Positions 1 to 10,128 of a stretch of 64,000 nucleotides of DNA are shown one piece after another (within the stretch, counting starts at the first letter, position 1; every line of letters starts with the position of its first letter). The position numbers were made by a program, and so were the translations under genes. Origin of the DNA: Microcoleus sp. (GTDB lineage: Bacteria; Cyanobacteriota; Cyanobacteriia; Cyanobacteriales; Microcoleaceae); the NCBI GenBank assembly GCA_042408215.1, contig JAYFMW010000005.1, positions 288,001 to 352,000 on the forward strand. Reading direction: 5' to 3'. A model generated the notes under the pieces. That model was given only the letters and a program-made list of their open reading frames with translations, was not told where the DNA came from and searched no databases.

Positions 1-271
1 TGCGTCTAGCTCTAGCAATTCTAAGATAGCTCTAGCGTCTTCCAAGCTTGCTTGCCAATGGTGGTATTGGTCTAAGTGAGATTTGAGGTCATTAAGTTCT
101 TGGAGGGTTTCTTGGGCTTGGTTTTGGTCGTCCCAAAAAGCTGGTTGAGCGGCAATTTGCTCTAAGTCTTGGATTTTTGCGGATAGTGCGGGGATGTCAA
201 AGATAGTCCTGAGTTTTACCCAGGCGATCGCACAATGTTTCGATATCGCGTTTGATGTCTAGAATTTCCAC
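1..271 (-). CDS. prfB: Peptide chain release factor 2, N-terminal part (runs off window start), programmed +1 frameshift
   Basis: GTG at 271 with GAGGA RBS reads MEILDIKRDIETLCDRLGKTQDYL, then CTT TGA C (196-202), continuing in +1 as DIPALSAKIQDLEQIAAQPAFWDDQ. Confidence 0.95.
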
Positions 272-454
272 TGTTAGTCCTCGTGGTTTTGGAGTGTTTT
301 GTTTATTATAGCTTAAATTTGGATATTTCAACAAAATGTTATTGCTTCTTCCTGATTAGATATACTGCCAACCCGTTGAATGACAAATTTTACTACCTAT
401 AAAATTAAACATGAAGCGAGCTGAACATCTGAGTATTTGCGATCGCAAGGAATC

Positions 455-637
455 GATCCCGATCGCCAGCCTGAATCGTGACATTCGATCGGCTTCACCG
501 CATTCTTCCTTGTAACTAATGACCAATGACTAATGAGTGGGGAATGGTTCATGGGGAATCGGGAATGGGGAATGAGGCATTGGAATTAACACAAAGAACC
601 AATGACTAATGACCAATGACTACTGACTAATGACTTC
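455..637. repeat. Heptamer tandem repeats (STRR-type TGACTAA/TGACCAA, GGGAATG)
   Basis: Short runs of 7-nt units visible directly. Confidence 0.75.
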
Positions 638-1490
638 TTAAATATACTGCGAACCAGTGGCATTGAAAGTTTTACCACATTCGTGAGCGCAAACATCCAA
701 TCTTTTAGAACAGGAAAAACTTGCTGTGAGGTCTTCGCGAAACCAATCACTTGTTAGCGCATCTTTCACAGATTTAGTTTTGAGAGAATTAAATTCCTTT
801 CCGTACTTTGCAATTAAAGCCAGCATTTGCGGTCTGTAAGTGTCCTTAGAAACAGCGTATTTAGTATGACTTATACCAATTTAATGGGTCGTTGCATATA
901 TCTCGATCCCCCTCGCATCCCCCTGAATAAGGGAGTAGGGTGTGAGTAGGGGTTGACGAAAGAGCAGAATCTTGTTCCCCCCTTATTAAGGGGGGTTATA
1001 CCAATTTAATGGGTCGTTGCATATATCTCGATCCCCCTCGCATCCCCCTGAATAAGGGAGTAGGGTGTGAGTAGGGGTTGACGAAAGAGCAGAATCTTGT
1101 TCCCCCCTTATTAAGGGGGGTTAGGGGGGATCAGATTCTACGGGGCCTCATAAAAAACTGGTATTACCCAACAACAGGGCCAAAGTTCCGCTTCAAAGCT
1201 AATGAAAATATCTTTGCTGGCTTGAGTTTGACAGCTAATTTCTACATTGCGGTAGTAATTGTTTAGGCCACCGTAGGTTTCTACAACTTTGAGAAATTCG
1301 CCTCCCTGTGGATTTTGATATTGTTCCAACGATGGGGGTTGGAGTTCTTTGCTGGCTGGCTTTGATGGGACAGACTGAGTTGGTTCTGGGTGCTTGAGAG
1401 GTTTCGATAGCTATAGCTTGATACCAAGCGTAATTTGCTTTTTCTGGTTGTCCCAACTGCGTCAACACTTGAGCTAAATTGCGATCGGCA
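638..1490 (-). pseudogene. Remnant with a TPR-like segment followed by a radical-SAM SPASM-like Cys domain, split by a MITE
   Basis: Removing 874-1163 plus one TTA joins ISCQ...LWPCCWV to SHTKY...RLDVCAHECG in frame; the upstream RNLAQVLTQLGQPEKANYAWYQA is TPR-like but in another frame; no N-terminus found. Confidence 0.6.
874..1163. mobile_element. 165-bp MITE (999-1163) preceded by a tandem partial copy (874-998); TTA target duplication
   Basis: Ends TACCAATTT...AAACTGGTA flanked by TTA; near-identical copy at 7714-7878. Confidence 0.9.
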
Positions 1491-1747
1491 CGAATGATAA
1501 CATGACGATTGTCGGGGCGGGTTTGACCAACAATCATCGCCATAAACCAACAATCTCATCAACCCGCCCCCACCCAACCAAAAATCCGTACATTTTTTCC
1601 ATCTAATAAAATGTAAGGTTGAGGTAGGTAATCCGCTTATAACATGATTGTAGGGGCGGGTTTTACTAACAATCATCGCCAGAAACCAACAATTTAATCA
1701 ACCCGCCCCCACCCAACCAAAAATCCGTACATTTTTTGCAGCTAATA

Positions 1748-1850
1748 CAGCAGATTGCAGGTTTATGAAGTACACCCGCCTATCGATTAATCCCCCTAGG
1801 GACACGGCATTGCGTGTCCCTACAGCACTTCATAAACCTGGGATACGCTG
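1748..1850. mobile_element. TA-flanked MITE carrying a REP hairpin
   Basis: CAGC...CAGGTTTATGAAGT / ACTTCATAAACCTG...GCTG inverted ends with TA on both sides; empty site in the first tandem unit. Confidence 0.85.
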
Positions 1851-1990
1851 TAAAATGTAAGGTTGATGTAGGTGAGCCGCTTATAACATGATTGTAGGGC
1901 GGGTTTGACCAACAATCATCGCCAGAAACCAACAATCTCATCAACCCGCCCCCACCCAACCAAAAATCCGTACATTTTTTGCAGCTAATA

Positions 1991-2094
1991 CAGCAGATTG
2001 CAGGTTTATGAAGTACACCCGCCTATCGTTCAATCCCCCTAGGGACACGGCAATGCCGTGTCCCTACAGCACTTCATAAACCTGGGATACGCTG
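1991..2094. mobile_element. Second copy of the TA-flanked MITE
   Basis: Near-identical to 1748-1850. Confidence 0.85.
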
Positions 2095-2290
2095 TAAAAT
2101 TTAAGGTTGATGTAGGTGAGTCCAAGCGTACCTCATTGAACAGAGAAGGGCTATATATGAAAGAAAATAATTATGAAATACGATGTAGGTACTCCGCTGT
2201 GTGGGGGCGGGTTTTCGAGATAGTGAGTTGCCGACATAAATGGTTGGTAAAACCCGCCCATAGGAGAAATATATATGAAAGCAAATAATT

Positions 2291-2812
2291 ATGAAATACG
2301 ATGTTAGCCCCCGCAGGTGTTACTGGAAGAGTTGCACTTTTACAAAAAGTTTATTTCTGTGCCTAATTGCTGTTTCTGCTTGGCTTCTTGCCTTATCCCC
2401 ACAGCAATCTGTGGCTGCATTCCCCCAGCAGCTTCTGTGCCCCACGGGCGACGTTGCCAACTTCCCAGCACCTCCGCTTTCGCAAACTCAAAAGAGTGTT
2501 CCGAGTCTGTGGCGGGCTCAAAAAGAATTTGGTGGAAAATTACTCGATCGCTGGTTTGTCGATCCGAGCGATACTTGGGTAGTTCTGATAGTCAACCGCC
2601 AACTTTGGAGTTTACTCGACTATATGGAACGGTATCAGTTTGTCAACCGCTTCGGTAATGTTGCCAACGAATATGGATACAATATGCGAGTGTGTAACCG
2701 TCAAGGCAATGCTTTGGCTGTTTACTCTTGCAATTCCTCTAGACTAAGCTGTCGCATCGATTTAGAATCAGTATCAAATCCGGGTATTCAAAGAAGGCAA
2801 AAGCTATTTTAG
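2291..2812 (+). CDS. Hypothetical exported protein
   Basis: 173-aa ORF with hydrophobic signal-like N-terminus; FGGKLLDRW...VNRQLWSLLDY block recalled from cyanobacterial hypotheticals. Confidence 0.75.
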   Translation: MKYDVSPRRCYWKSCTFTKSLFLCLIAVSAWLLALSPQQSVAAFPQQLLCPTGDVANFPAPPLSQTQKSVPSLWRAQKEFGGKLLDRWFVDPSDTWVVLIVNRQLWSLLDYMERYQFVNRFGNVANEYGYNMRVCNRQGNALAVYSCNSSRLSCRIDLESVSNPGIQRRQKLF

Positions 2813-2828
2813 AATCATCCTAATATTA

Positions 2829-2951
2829 CTCGTTCCCCAGCTCTGACTGGGAATGCCTTTCACTCTTGCTCTGTCTCCATTAAAATGAGCCAGTAATTGG
2901 GAGGAAGCAGAGCCGAAGGATATTCATTACCAGGCGGAGCCTGGTAACGAG
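2829..2951. repeat. Palindromic dispersed repeat (CTCGTT...CTGGGAATG / CATTACCAGG...AACGAG)
   Basis: Imperfect terminal inverted repeats between convergent genes. Confidence 0.7.
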
Positions 2952-2975
2952 AAACAAGGGGATTTTACCCCTACT

Positions 2976-4085
2976 TTAACTCTTAACTACTTGCCGCATT
3001 TCTTGCCAGTGCGATCGATATTGTGCAATTCCAGCATCCCCAAAAGGCAGCATAAACTCGCTCCGATCAAGAATCTTGGCATCCGGCAACAATAAAGGAT
3101 TAGTGCGAACATCTGCCGGCAAATCCTCCTGTTTCATGCCGACAATTATCGGCGAACTAGCCTTACTCAGCAAAGACAATTGAGGAGCAATCGCAGGTTG
3201 TAAACAAAAATCAATCCATTTTTCTACTAAAGGCACTTGATTTCCCGACGCTGGTTCTACCCACAAATCTGTCCAAAGTGCCGTTCCAGAAACGGGAATT
3301 ACCACGGCAATATCCTTCTGAGTTTGCAACAATGGCAGCACATCACCAGAGGAACCGACAGCCAACCAAGTATCGCCTAAAATCAAAGGTTGTAGATAAG
3401 AGTCGGAACTATAAAGTTTAACTTGCTGATGTAATTTGGTGAGTTCTTCTTTGAGATTGGGAACTTTATCTAACTGCTGGGTATTGTAAGATTTACCTAA
3501 TTTTTTCAAAGTTAAACCAATAACTTCTCTAGCATTGTCTGGTAGAGAAATACGATCGCGCAATTCCTCACGCCACAGGTCGCTCCAATCTTTGGGAGTC
3601 CACCCCAAAGCCTTAAATTTGTCAGTTCGATAAGCAATTACTGTATTTCCCCAGCGGTAAGGTACACCCCAAACTTTACCTTTGGCATCTAACAAACCCC
3701 GATCGTTTCTCGTTACCAATTTTCGCCATCTTTCGGGCAATTTTGACCAATTAGAAAACTTCGCTGCTTCGATTGGCTTAATCAATTTTTGTCGAATTGC
3801 CAAAGTTAGCCAGTAATCTCCTAGCATCACCAAGTCAGCTTGATTTTTTGTTTCGGGAAGCCGTTTCCAATCCTGCAAAAGGGCGAACAATTCTTGTAAT
3901 TGCCATGACTGCGTTACCTGCAAAACCGGAGACGGCTTTAACTCCCGGCTAAACTTACTTACCAGTTGGGCTGGAACAGCATTTTTGAGCGATCGAATTT
4001 TTAGAGTTGGCTTCGAGTCGCACCCAGCCGCCAATTGACTTAAAGTTAGGGTAGCTGCCCCCAGTAGCAAAGACCTTCGTTTCAC
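2976..4085 (-). CDS. PotD/PotF-like polyamine ABC transporter substrate-binding lipoprotein
   Basis: RRSLL and LAAGC lipobox; GVPYRWG, WSDLW and GTALWTDLW motifs. Confidence 0.85.
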   Translation of the reverse strand: MKRRSLLLGAATLTLSQLAAGCDSKPTLKIRSLKNAVPAQLVSKFSRELKPSPVLQVTQSWQLQELFALLQDWKRLPETKNQADLVMLGDYWLTLAIRQKLIKPIEAAKFSNWSKLPERWRKLVTRNDRGLLDAKGKVWGVPYRWGNTVIAYRTDKFKALGWTPKDWSDLWREELRDRISLPDNAREVIGLTLKKLGKSYNTQQLDKVPNLKEELTKLHQQVKLYSSDSYLQPLILGDTWLAVGSSGDVLPLLQTQKDIAVVIPVSGTALWTDLWVEPASGNQVPLVEKWIDFCLQPAIAPQLSLLSKASSPIIVGMKQEDLPADVRTNPLLLPDAKILDRSEFMLPFGDAGIAQYRSHWQEMRQVVKS

Positions 4086-4852
4086 TTGATCTGATGTGCT
4101 TTTCTCAATATTGACCGATCGTACTCAACTTACCATTGATCCACCCACTTCTGCCTTTTTGCCATCCCCTTCCCTTCCATTTGACCTAGTTTTGCCTCCT
4201 GTCGAGCGATCGACCAAATCTGTGTTATATTTCTTAAGATGTATCCCCAATAACAGAGTGCAGTCATCCCCCGCTCCTTCGACTCGCCCATCAAATCGAT
4301 CAGGTCGATCTAAAATGTAGCGAAAAAAGTAAATAAACTACTAGGCATATAGCAACCTTCGGGCGCGGTTAGGAGGTTTTGAATTGCTGAAACCATTGAT
4401 TTTATTGCTTCTGACTTCTGCGTTCTTCCTTCTGACTTGAACATCTGCTATAAATGCGATCGAACACAGACCAAGGGAGAACGGGAGCAGCGGAAACGCT
4501 CTGATGATTATTCCACATTTCGACTACGCTCAATGCACCGCAAAATCGGTTAAATACTAAGAGAGAAATGCACGACAACTTAATAGGTAAAAACGGATAA
4601 ATGTATCGATTTGAGATTTGAGATTTGAGATTTGAGATTTGACCCCAGGGATAAATCTGTTCGCAGGTCGATCGGATACCACTTTTTTTATTTGTGGACA
4701 GATGAATCCGGGAGCTTGTAACCCAATTGCTTTCGGTCAGGATTGAGGACACAACATAAGCCTCAAAAATTAAATAATTTAGTGATAAATCCCAGTTGTG
4801 CAAACCGTTGCCTAAAATAAAAGATCTAAATTAGGACACAAAGGATGATTGT

Positions 4853-5248
4853 ATGGAAGCACTCCGACAACAAGTTACAGCATTGACTCAACAAGTCGAG
4901 GCCCTCTACAAACTCATAGAAAACCTGAATGCAAAGCTACTGGAGTCAGCCAACGAGACTAAGCTAGCCCAGCAGCATAAAGACTGCTCCCGAAAGGAAG
5001 GAACTGACAAAACCTCCCCCTATCCAAGCTACAGAAGTCTCGACGCGATGCTGGAACACAAAGACATACTCTTAGATGACGGCTACTTCGACAAGAATTA
5101 TCAAAGCCTGGAAAAAGAGCTGACAGCAGATATTCAAATCCAGCGTCTCACAGCTCAGTTAACAGCAGCTTACAATCGAATTGCCGCCTTGGAAGAACAG
5201 TTGCTGGCCAAAAGAATGCACTCGCAACAGGTAGGTGGCTCTAATTAA
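4853..5248 (+). CDS. Hypothetical coiled-coil protein
   Basis: 131 aa with AGGA RBS; heptad C-terminus QIQRLTAQLTAAYNRIAALEEQL. Confidence 0.8.
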   Translation: MEALRQQVTALTQQVEALYKLIENLNAKLLESANETKLAQQHKDCSRKEGTDKTSPYPSYRSLDAMLEHKDILLDDGYFDKNYQSLEKELTADIQIQRLTAQLTAAYNRIAALEEQLLAKRMHSQQVGGSN

Positions 5249-5341
5249 ACATGACTACCGGGGAGGGGGCATTAATTCTGGAAGAAATATAAGTTACGTT
5301 TATTTCTGCAACAGCGCGTCTGAAATTTTAATTTTTAATTT

Positions 5342-6448
5342 CTAATATTTAATTTCACACCGATCGGCTAATGCTTCAACTGCTTGGAGGAGTTGAGTAG
5401 GACTCCAATTTGCAGCGAGCCCGCTGGCGATCGCACAACTTCCGGCGCCCACCCCTTCCTTTACAAATCCGCGATCGTAAGCTTGCAATTGGGGGTAGCG
5501 AGACCCAGCAAAACTTAGCTGTGCCGCCAACAGAGGCACCGCGCCGACCTCACGAGCGAGTCCTACCGTGTCCCCTGTCGGGTCTTGGGCCACCCAGCAG
5601 GTAGTCCCCACCACGACTTGTTCGGGACACCATACAAGAGCATATTCGCGGGCGATCGCCTCCATCAAAGCGTACACTGCCAGCATCTGGGTGCCGCCAG
5701 CTAGCATCACGCCGCAAGTTCGACTCGCGGCGATCGCCATTCCCGCCGTTACTACCTGCATCGGATCGCCCACCAGCGCTATAAGTTCCAGAGGAGACAT
5801 TTTTTCTCCTCCAATTTCCCAGCCAGCCATCTGCAATCCCGCTGTCACCGCGGCCAATTTTTGAGCATGATTGCACTGAGGATGAGAACTATTAACCTTC
5901 CCCGCCGCCGCGATCCCCAAACCCATTAATACCGCCAAAGCAGTAGTCGTTCCCCCAACTACGCACTCCCCTAAAATTAAATAGCTACCATTAGTTAAAG
6001 CCGCCAATTTATCTCCCCAAATTAACCCTTGTTCCAGCAAATGTTTGACTGTTTCGAGTTCTAAAGCATTCCCAGAAGTGAGACACTTGGCGGGGGTGCC
6101 ACCCAAATCGATCGCAGGTACGGGAGGTGGGAGGGGCAAACCAGCATTAAATAGGTAACAAGGAATATCCAAAGCCTCGACTACAGCGCGAGATATGAGT
6201 ACCGGGGAAGCACCAGCTTGTAGAGGCGGTAAAGGATATTGGGGATGATTTTGGGGGCCATTATACAAAAATTCTGCATCGGCCAAACAAGTAAATTGGC
6301 GATCGTGCGGCGTTGCTCCTGCTGCTGAAATACCCGGAATCAAGCCAGTATCTGTAAATCCTAAAATGCAAGCAAATATCGGTTTTCTTCCCCGATAGCG
6401 TTCCAGCCACCGCTGGCCCTGTTCGATTTGCGTATAAATACCAATCAT
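5342..6448 (-). CDS. cobT: Nicotinate-mononucleotide-dependent phosphoribosyltransferase (CobT, cyanobacterial/archaeal type)
   Basis: IPGISAAG, GECVVGGTTTA, LAGGTQM and VKEGVGAG motifs. Confidence 0.88.
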   Translation of the reverse strand: MIGIYTQIEQGQRWLERYRGRKPIFACILGFTDTGLIPGISAAGATPHDRQFTCLADAEFLYNGPQNHPQYPLPPLQAGASPVLISRAVVEALDIPCYLFNAGLPLPPPVPAIDLGGTPAKCLTSGNALELETVKHLLEQGLIWGDKLAALTNGSYLILGECVVGGTTTALAVLMGLGIAAAGKVNSSHPQCNHAQKLAAVTAGLQMAGWEIGGEKMSPLELIALVGDPMQVVTAGMAIAASRTCGVMLAGGTQMLAVYALMEAIAREYALVWCPEQVVVGTTCWVAQDPTGDTVGLAREVGAVPLLAAQLSFAGSRYPQLQAYDRGFVKEGVGAGSCAIASGLAANWSPTQLLQAVEALADRCEIKY

Positions 6449-6449
6449 A

Positions 6450-6890
6450 ATTAGTCAGTAGTCATTAGTCAGTAGTCAGTAGTCAGTAGTCAGTAGTCAG
6501 TAGTCATTAGTCAGTAGTCAGTAGTCAGTAGTCAGTAGTCATTAGTCAGTAGTCAGTAGTCATTAGTCATTAGTCAGTAGTCAGTAGTCAGTAGTCAGTA
6601 GTCAGTAGTCAGTAGTCAGTAGTCAGTAGTCAGTAGTCAGTAGTCAGTAGTCAGTAGTCAGTAGTCAGTAGTCAGTAGTCAGTAGTCAGTAGTCAGTAGT
6701 CAGTAGTCAGTAGTCATTAGTCATTAGTCATTAGTCATTGGTTGTTGGTTGTTGGTTATTGGTTATTGGTTATTGGTTATTGGTTATTGGTTGTTGGTTG
6801 TTGGTTATTGGTTATTGGTTATTGGTTATTTGTTAAAGGCCCCAATTCCCAATTCCCAATTCCCAATTCCCAATTCCCAATTCCCAATCA
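6450..6890. repeat. Long composite STRR tract: (TAGTCAG/TAGTCAT)n, (TTGGTTA/TTGGTTG)n, (CCCAATT)n
   Basis: About 440 bp of consecutive heptamers. Confidence 0.95.
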
Positions 6891-6904
6891 CAAATAACTT
6901 ATAA

Positions 6905-7660
6905 CTATTCTTCGTAATCAATCAAAACTTGCACCCAGTTTGGCGGGCGCGGAATTGGATTTCCCAAACGATCTAACAGCAGCAAAGCCACTAAATGCAC
7001 CACAAATAAATAGATAATATTGTTGACCAAAATCATCGCGGCGGCGATCGCCCCAATGGCGCTCAAACTCGGCACACTCAGCCAGCCCAGCTTCACAAAC
7101 ACCCATTCCACCATCTCTGTAACTTGCGCGGTTACGTAAACCCAGAGATCTTGACCCACCAAAGCTGACAGCAGCCAAAACCGAAAAAAGAAGCCAATGG
7201 TGCCAATCAGCGCACCCACACTAATAGAAACAGACCAACTCGCTTTGCGCCGCCAAAGTCCTCCCAGCGCAACTCCCATAATTCCAAAAGGCATTACATA
7301 TAAAATGCTGCGCGTCGGGCCCATGAGTACCGACAGCAGCAAACCGGAAACTAAAGCTGACATCCAAGCAGCGCGGTTCCCCCAGCGCAGGTAGACAAGG
7401 GCGATCGGCACCGGGAAAAAAACCCGCAGCAAAGGGCCTAGTGGAAAGTAATAATTTACTAGCCAAATCAAGCTAGCGGTACTTGCCAAAAATGCCGTTT
7501 CCACGAGCCTCAAAGAGTCTGACTCCGTAGCGTTTGTGGGGGAATTTGGATTTGTGCGATCGGCTGAGCAAGCTGAAATAGCGGCGGCTTCCCCCCGATC
7601 GTTGGTACTGGGTGAACTGCTCGAATTAGACGGGGAATCTGCTGACAAGAAATTACTCAT
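6905..7660 (-). CDS. DUF2232-like integral membrane protein
   Basis: LVETAFLAS...GPTRS with multiple TM segments. Confidence 0.8.
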   Translation of the reverse strand: MSNFLSADSPSNSSSSPSTNDRGEAAAISACSADRTNPNSPTNATESDSLRLVETAFLASTASLIWLVNYYFPLGPLLRVFFPVPIALVYLRWGNRAAWMSALVSGLLLSVLMGPTRSILYVMPFGIMGVALGGLWRRKASWSVSISVGALIGTIGFFFRFWLLSALVGQDLWVYVTAQVTEMVEWVFVKLGWLSVPSLSAIGAIAAAMILVNNIIYLFVVHLVALLLLDRLGNPIPRPPNWVQVLIDYEE

Positions 7661-7713
7661 CCGATTTTAGATTTTAGATCTGAGATTTGAGATTGGCAAA
7701 CTGCTGGCTGTTA

Positions 7714-7878
7714 TACCAATTTAATGGGTCGTTGCATATATCTCGATCCCCCTCGCATCCCCCTTAATCAGGGAGTAGGGTGTGAGTAGGGGTTGACGAA
7801 AGAGCAGAATCTTGTTCCCCCCTTATTAAGGGGGGTTAGGGGGGATCAGATTCTACGGGGCCTCATAAAAAACTGGTA
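7714..7878. mobile_element. 165-bp MITE with TTA target duplication
   Basis: TTA|TACCAATTT...AAACTGGTA|TTA; matches 999-1163. Confidence 0.9.
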
Positions 7879-7946
7879 TTAGCGGTAATTTCTCTGTTTT
7901 TTTGACATGAACCGCTAACAGTCGCAGCAGCCCGATCGATGAAACA

Positions 7947-8447
7947 CTATTCTTTTTCCTCCTTAACTTCCTGAATCACAAAAACCGAGCAAGATGCGTG
8001 GTGAACTACGTAATTGCTAACGCTGCCGAGAAAAGCTTCTGCCAGCCCCGTGCGGCCGCGCCTCCCCAATACTATTAAATCAGCGCCCCAATTTTGGGAA
8101 TATTCACAGATACAATGCCCCGGATCGCCGTCGATTTTAGAATCAAATTCTACCTGTAATCCCTGCTTTGCTGCTGCGTCGCAGTAATTTTGCAGCAAAC
8201 CCTCAGCCTGTTTTATATCCCTTTCCATCCGCAAACTTTGAGCTTGATAAGCTTGATCCATTAACTGCACATTCATGCCCAAATCTACCGGAATTGGCAC
8301 TGCTGACTCGCCCAGGGAGTGGATAGTAACGCAGTGAAATAGCATCACAGAAGCTTGATTAGCCAGAGCTAACTCTAAAGTTTGGCTGAAGACGCGGTGG
8401 CCCAGTTCCGAATCATCTACAGCAGCGAAAATTTTCTTAAAACTCAC
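7947..8447 (-). CDS. Universal stress protein (UspA family)
   Basis: GTG start after GGAGG; KKIFAAVD, ADLIVLGRRG and LGSVSNYVVHHA motifs. Confidence 0.92.
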   Translation of the reverse strand: MSFKKIFAAVDDSELGHRVFSQTLELALANQASVMLFHCVTIHSLGESAVPIPVDLGMNVQLMDQAYQAQSLRMERDIKQAEGLLQNYCDAAAKQGLQVEFDSKIDGDPGHCICEYSQNWGADLIVLGRRGRTGLAEAFLGSVSNYVVHHASCSVFVIQEVKEEKE

Positions 8448-8518
8448 AGTTTTACCTCCGTAAAAAATATTAAAAACAGTTAACAGAGAGTGCTTTTGGA
8501 ACTTTGACCGTCGTTCAT

Positions 8519-10108
8519 CTATCTTCCCCCTTGGAGACTCCCACTGTACCTGTACCCTGGTCAGTGGCGAGAGGAAAAGGGGGGCAAGGTTTATGCTGCA
8601 TACGAATAACCATCCTTTCGGTGAACAACTGAACAATATTTGTGACTAATTCCCGATACCAATTCGGATGCGGAAATATTGAATGAACCACTCGTTCTAA
8701 CGGCAACACGCCCAACGTATTTACCAATTTTTTTGCCGGAGGTTACAATCGCTTTAACGATATCTCCCGTTTGAAAGCCTTTGACAAATTTAAACCTGGG
8801 GACATAGCAAGATGGAAATCCAAACTTGTCAGTGCGGCACATTTGACCTGTCCCATGCCCAGTCGCTTTAATTAACAATGGCTTGTTTGTCACAACTTTC
8901 AGCGACTCAACTTTTCCAACACAGGCTGCATCTAACCAGTGAGTTTTAGCTAAATTCAATCGAGTGCGGTTGAACTTTGTTAGGCCACCACTGCCAGTAT
9001 AAACTGGTAATCCAGTCATGCGGAGTCGATTAAATAATGCCCAACGAGTCGAATTGACTGCTGCTGCATCTTTTAACGGACGATGAGCTTGAGATAGAAT
9101 CCGCTTCAAAATCTCTGGCTTTTTAGAGAGGAATTGCTCAATACTTTGAGTCCCTTTCCGAGTATTACAATTTTCGCAAGCAAGGCAAAGGTTAGAAATG
9201 CGATCGCTGCCACCTTTAGCTTTGGGATGAATATGTTCAATTTGCAAAGGTACATTTTCAACACCGCAATAAGCGCATTTCCTGTCCCATTTGTTCAATA
9301 GATATTCCCGAACTTCGTAGCCAGCTAATTCTCCTTGCTGATATTCAACGCCTGAGATTTCGGGATTTTCTAGTTGTTGTAAGTCAAATCTTACTAATTC
9401 TTGAACAATTGAACCAATGGGTGCGAGTCGGATAAATTTGTTAACCCAACTTAGGGTTGTTTCTACTCGATGTTGTAAGGATGGTGCTAACCAACCCTTT
9501 TGTCGGGTGCGATTGAAAAACCTCGCTTGACGATAACGAGTGTGACGATTTCTCCTACCTCTACGCAATGAACGGCGAGACTCCAAACTGGCTTTAATTG
9601 TTTGACCTCGGTGAGTTAATTCTGCACCAAAAATTACGTCCTCTCCTTGCACTAATGCGATTCCCGTAGTCTTAGAGCCTGGGTCTATTTTAAGAGTGAT
9701 TGATTTTTGGGTTGCTGTCACCTCTACTTTGAGAATTAGCGTGAACGGATACCTTTTGAAAACAGCAGCTTTGCCATTGTTTAGCAATTTACGAGCCAAT
9801 CCCGGTCGGATTGGATTGAGCGGTTGTTTTCTGGTATCAAGTACAAAAACAAAATTAGACATTTCAGTCCTCCCTTGCGGGGTAATGTTTGCTTCGTCAA
9901 TGTTTAAGGTCGGTAACTATATTAAAAGCACTGGCTTAACCCTTACACCTGTTTAACTTTTAATTTCTAGAGCAGAAAACTAGCACGCATTTTCTGGTAG
10001 GTACTTTAACGCTTACCTTAAACGTAGTGGCGAACCACTGAGACTGGTCAACTTTGCTTTTTCAAGCCCCCACTAGATCGGTACTCCGATTAGTGGTGGG
10101 TGGTTGAC
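8519..10108 (-). mobile_element. IscB-encoding IS200/IS605-superfamily element, no tnpA
   Basis: Starts GTCAAC at 10108; ends in a hairpin region followed by ATGA (8518-8515). Confidence 0.8.
8591..9862 (-). CDS. iscB: RNA-guided endonuclease IscB (PLMP, split RuvC, RRXRR helix, HNH)
   Basis: PLNP, IDPGSKTTG, RRSLRRGRR, ELVRFD, CAYC..EHIHPKAKGG..N..CENCN, HWLDAAC; catalytic residues appear intact. Confidence 0.95.
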   Translation of the reverse strand: MSNFVFVLDTRKQPLNPIRPGLARKLLNNGKAAVFKRYPFTLILKVEVTATQKSITLKIDPGSKTTGIALVQGEDVIFGAELTHRGQTIKASLESRRSLRRGRRNRHTRYRQARFFNRTRQKGWLAPSLQHRVETTLSWVNKFIRLAPIGSIVQELVRFDLQQLENPEISGVEYQQGELAGYEVREYLLNKWDRKCAYCGVENVPLQIEHIHPKAKGGSDRISNLCLACENCNTRKGTQSIEQFLSKKPEILKRILSQAHRPLKDAAAVNSTRWALFNRLRMTGLPVYTGSGGLTKFNRTRLNLAKTHWLDAACVGKVESLKVVTNKPLLIKATGHGTGQMCRTDKFGFPSCYVPRFKFVKGFQTGDIVKAIVTSGKKIGKYVGRVAVRTSGSFNISASELVSGISHKYCSVVHRKDGYSYAA

Positions 10109-10125
10109 TCCTGAAAGAGTGACAT
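9865..10125 (-). ncRNA. HEARO/omegaRNA of IscB; 5' guide taken from flank 10109 to about 10125
   Basis: GTCAAC...GTTGACCAG, CTACGTT and ACATTGACGAAG...CATTACC landmarks directly upstream of iscB. Confidence 0.85.
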
Positions 10126-10128
10126 CTC

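Larger units (their letters stand above)
1499..2260. repeat. Three tandem units of a GTAG-type REP doublet, plus a further degenerate REP
   Basis: GTAGGGGCGGGTT...AACCCGCCCCCAC inverted pairs; units start at about 1499, 1641 and 1885. Confidence 0.85.

Noticed and set aside
1499..2120. Possible CRISPR array
   Set aside because: Units are 140-245 bp, the intervening sequences are duplicated rather than unique spacers, and there are no cas genes
6450..6890. Long heptamer tract as a novel system
   Set aside because: STRR heptamers are well known in filamentous cyanobacteria, and the length may be assembly-sensitive
8448..8636. N-terminal extension of usp given by the ORF track
   Set aside because: Runs through the IscB element end; a GTG with GGAGG RBS at 8447 fits better
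8591..9862. Cas9
   Set aside because: Only 423 aa, with a PLMP-like N-terminus, upstream HEARO RNA and no array, so it is IscB
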